A DNA stretch of 64,000 bases from Chiloscyllium plagiosum (taxonomy: Eukaryota), in the NCBI RefSeq assembly GCF_004010195.1, contig NC_057750.1, positions 13,730,033 through 13,794,032 on the forward strand, read 5' to 3'. Shown piece by piece: positions 61,661-64,000 of the stretch. The translations under genes and the position numbers were made by a program. A model generated the notes under the pieces. That model was given only the letters and a program-made list of their open reading frames with translations, was not told the origin of the DNA and ran no database searches. The number at the start of each line of letters is the position of its first letter. Within the stretch, counting starts at the first letter, position 1.

Positions 61661-62364
61661 TGGTCGGCAGCCATCTGCTAGCAATTAGCATCTCCTTATG
61701 AATACCTTGCTGGGCAGTGTGACTATGATCACAAGGTGCTTTCACAGTGTAGCCCAGGACCTGGCCCAAATCCTTTTCTGCCGTTAGCCCTTTGGATTGA
61801 GTTGTACCATGGAGTACAGCCTGTACACAGAGTCTTTAACATGGGGAGACTGTGAGCCTCCACAATCCAATAATTGGTATCACCAAAGCTAAGCGAAATA
61901 AGGAGTGATCTAGCTAACCAGAAAACATTCTTGCTCTCATTAGATGTACCAAAAGGACTAACAGATTGATAATTAACTTGTCTGGCCACTTTATAACACA
62001 TTTTCCCTGACCGTCAAGTCCTGGAGTGGGACTCGAACTCAGAGATTCTGTTCCAGAGGTAGGGATGTTGCTTACTGTCCCACAGGAGCTTTGCCGACTA
62101 AGAGAGATAGTGGAGGCTTCTGGATTCTATGAATGTAGGATTTCCCTTACTGGAACTCACAAACAGGATGAATAAAGGGGTGAGTTTATCCTGAAGAGAT
62201 ACTCCCCCACTCCTTTTCACCTCAGCAATAAAGGGCTGCCTCACAAGGTCCCACTGGGAACCTTCTCAGCCCACCATCGATTAAAGGTCACCTCAAGGCT
62301 TCAACTCCCAACTGGCCTCAATACCTGCCTTTCCAACAGCTGGGAACAGAATGGAAGAGATCTA

Positions 62365-62828
62365 GAAGACCCTTCAGCCCATCAAATCAGAAACAACCAC
62401 CTCACTATTTCCCAGCACTTGGCCCATTTGTGTTGGCATGGCAAAGTGCACGTCTGAACATTTCTCCAATGCGATGAGGCTTTTTGCTTCTCCCAGCCTT
62501 GCAGACAGCAATTTCCAGATTTCCACCACTCTGAGTGAAAAAATATTTCCTCACATCCAGTCTAAACCTCCTGCCCCTTCCCTTAAATCGATGCCCCCTG
62601 CTCATTGATCCCTCCATCCAGGGGTAACGTTTCTTACTCTCTGCCCTGCCTAAGACCCTCATCATTTTATCCACCTCGATCACCTCCCTTCTCAATCCCC
62701 TCAGCTCTGAGGAAATCAGTCTCAGTCTGTCCAATCCCTCTTCATAACTGAAACTCTCCAGGCCAGGTAACACTCCTCTCCAGTGTGATCACATCCCTCC
62801 TGTACTGAGGGTTCCAGAACTGCACATG
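62365..62828 (-). mobile_element. CR1 LINE 3' fragment
   Basis: Peptide MLPGLESFSYEE.LDRL..SRGHRFK. Confidence 0.85.
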
Positions 62829-63554
62829 ATGCAAAAGAGGTTGGTTCTTTGTCTAGGGAGTTCAGACAATCTGCTGACCATTTTGGGTGTTGGGGGCGGG
62901 GGTTCTATTTGCCCAACCTAAGGCCGGTTGGAGGCAAGAATGTGGGACAAGGGTGTGGTGAACAACTCTGGGACCCACAAGATGCTGGCCTCTGATTGGC
63001 CAGCAGCTTCTGGTGAGGCAAGACTTTAGCATCGAGGTCTGTGAGTCACCGAGAATCTCACTGGTCATCTCCCGAGTACCTGATTGGAGCTCGATCTGGT
63101 GAGACCTCCCAGTGGGGACAGGGAGTCAGTTGCAAGTGAGCACACCTGTCCTTCACACACCCACCATAGGCCTCCACAATCCAATCTCGCTAAAGCAAAG
63201 AGAGATAAGCAATAGTCCTCAAGAACTCAAAATTCCTCCAATTCTGGGATTTACTTCAGAAATCGCTCTGTTTCTCTTTCCTCTTTGTAAATCTAGTTGT
63301 TTGATTGCCAGCTTCCCTGGCCCGATATCCAATGTTGTGAACGAGAGGCGATTAAATCTGTTCCAGGTGTTATAGCAATGTAAGTTGGCTTTGTTTGATT
63401 TTGTACATTGCGTCCAGATGATGTTGTCCATCAGATGTCACCCTGTGTCCTGAGGAGAAGGCGAGACAGCTCCTATCAGGGACAGTAGTTCAGTGCTACA
63501 CAGATCACTGGGGGGAGTGGTGTTGCAGGCCAGAACTCCCAGTTCAAATACATT

Positions 63555-64000
63555 CTAAAAGTGATGTTATCCACTTTGGTCGCAAAAATAGGAAGGCAGG
63601 TTATTATTGGAATGGCTGTAGCTGAGGGGGAGGAATGTTTGGTGAGACCTGGGACCCCTCGTGCATCAGTCGCTGAAAGTAATAGTTAAGATCCTGGGGA
63701 AACAGAGGGTTCACAACCCAATACATGGTAGAATTCTCTGATTAAAAAGCTAGTCACGTGGTCATTGTTACACAGGCCCACCAAGTGCGTGCAGGTGCAG
63801 CAGGCGGTAGAGAAGGCACACGGTATGTTGGCCTACTTAGCGAGAGGATCTGAGTCCAGGAGCAGGGATGTCTCACTGCAATTACACAGGGCCTTGGTGA
63901 GGCCACACCTGGAGTACTGTGTGCAGTTCTGGTCTCCTCATCTGAGGAAGGATGTTCCTGCTATGGAGGGAATACAGTGAATGTTTACCAGACCGAATCC
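63555..64000 (+). mobile_element. CR1 LINE fragment
   Basis: Peptide [19 protein letters not shown]. Confidence 0.88.

Overview
This is vertebrate genomic DNA, very likely from an elasmobranch (shark or ray); that call is an inference from the HE1 SINE and HER1/CR1 LINE repertoire. There are four assembly gaps (1768-1876, 9616-10006, 17128-18102, 49812-50460). Most of the window is interspersed repeats: CR1/HER1 LINE fragments, a second CR1-clade LINE, Tx1, Rex/Babar and L2 remnants, HE1 and three other tRNA-derived SINE families, Penelope-like elements and a deleted hAT transposon. There are also several TE-derived minisatellites. Nearly all long ORFs in the track are TE remnants, tandem-repeat artefacts or N-runs. 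Three small phase-compatible plus-strand exons (9106-9182, 24601-24665, 39295-39375) suggest the window is the 5' intronic part of a large host gene that I cannot name. The main observations are: (1) short, often foldback Penelope-end insertions with target-site duplications that carry minimal hammerhead-ribozyme cores, in three families; (2) a Penelope copy carrying flank sequence shared with its neighbour; (3) a 3.2-kb minisatellite grown in frame from a LINE RT motif; (4) decayed tRNA copies, one apparently co-inserted with a SINE. Repeat family names and many boundaries come from recall and reading by eye and are approximate.
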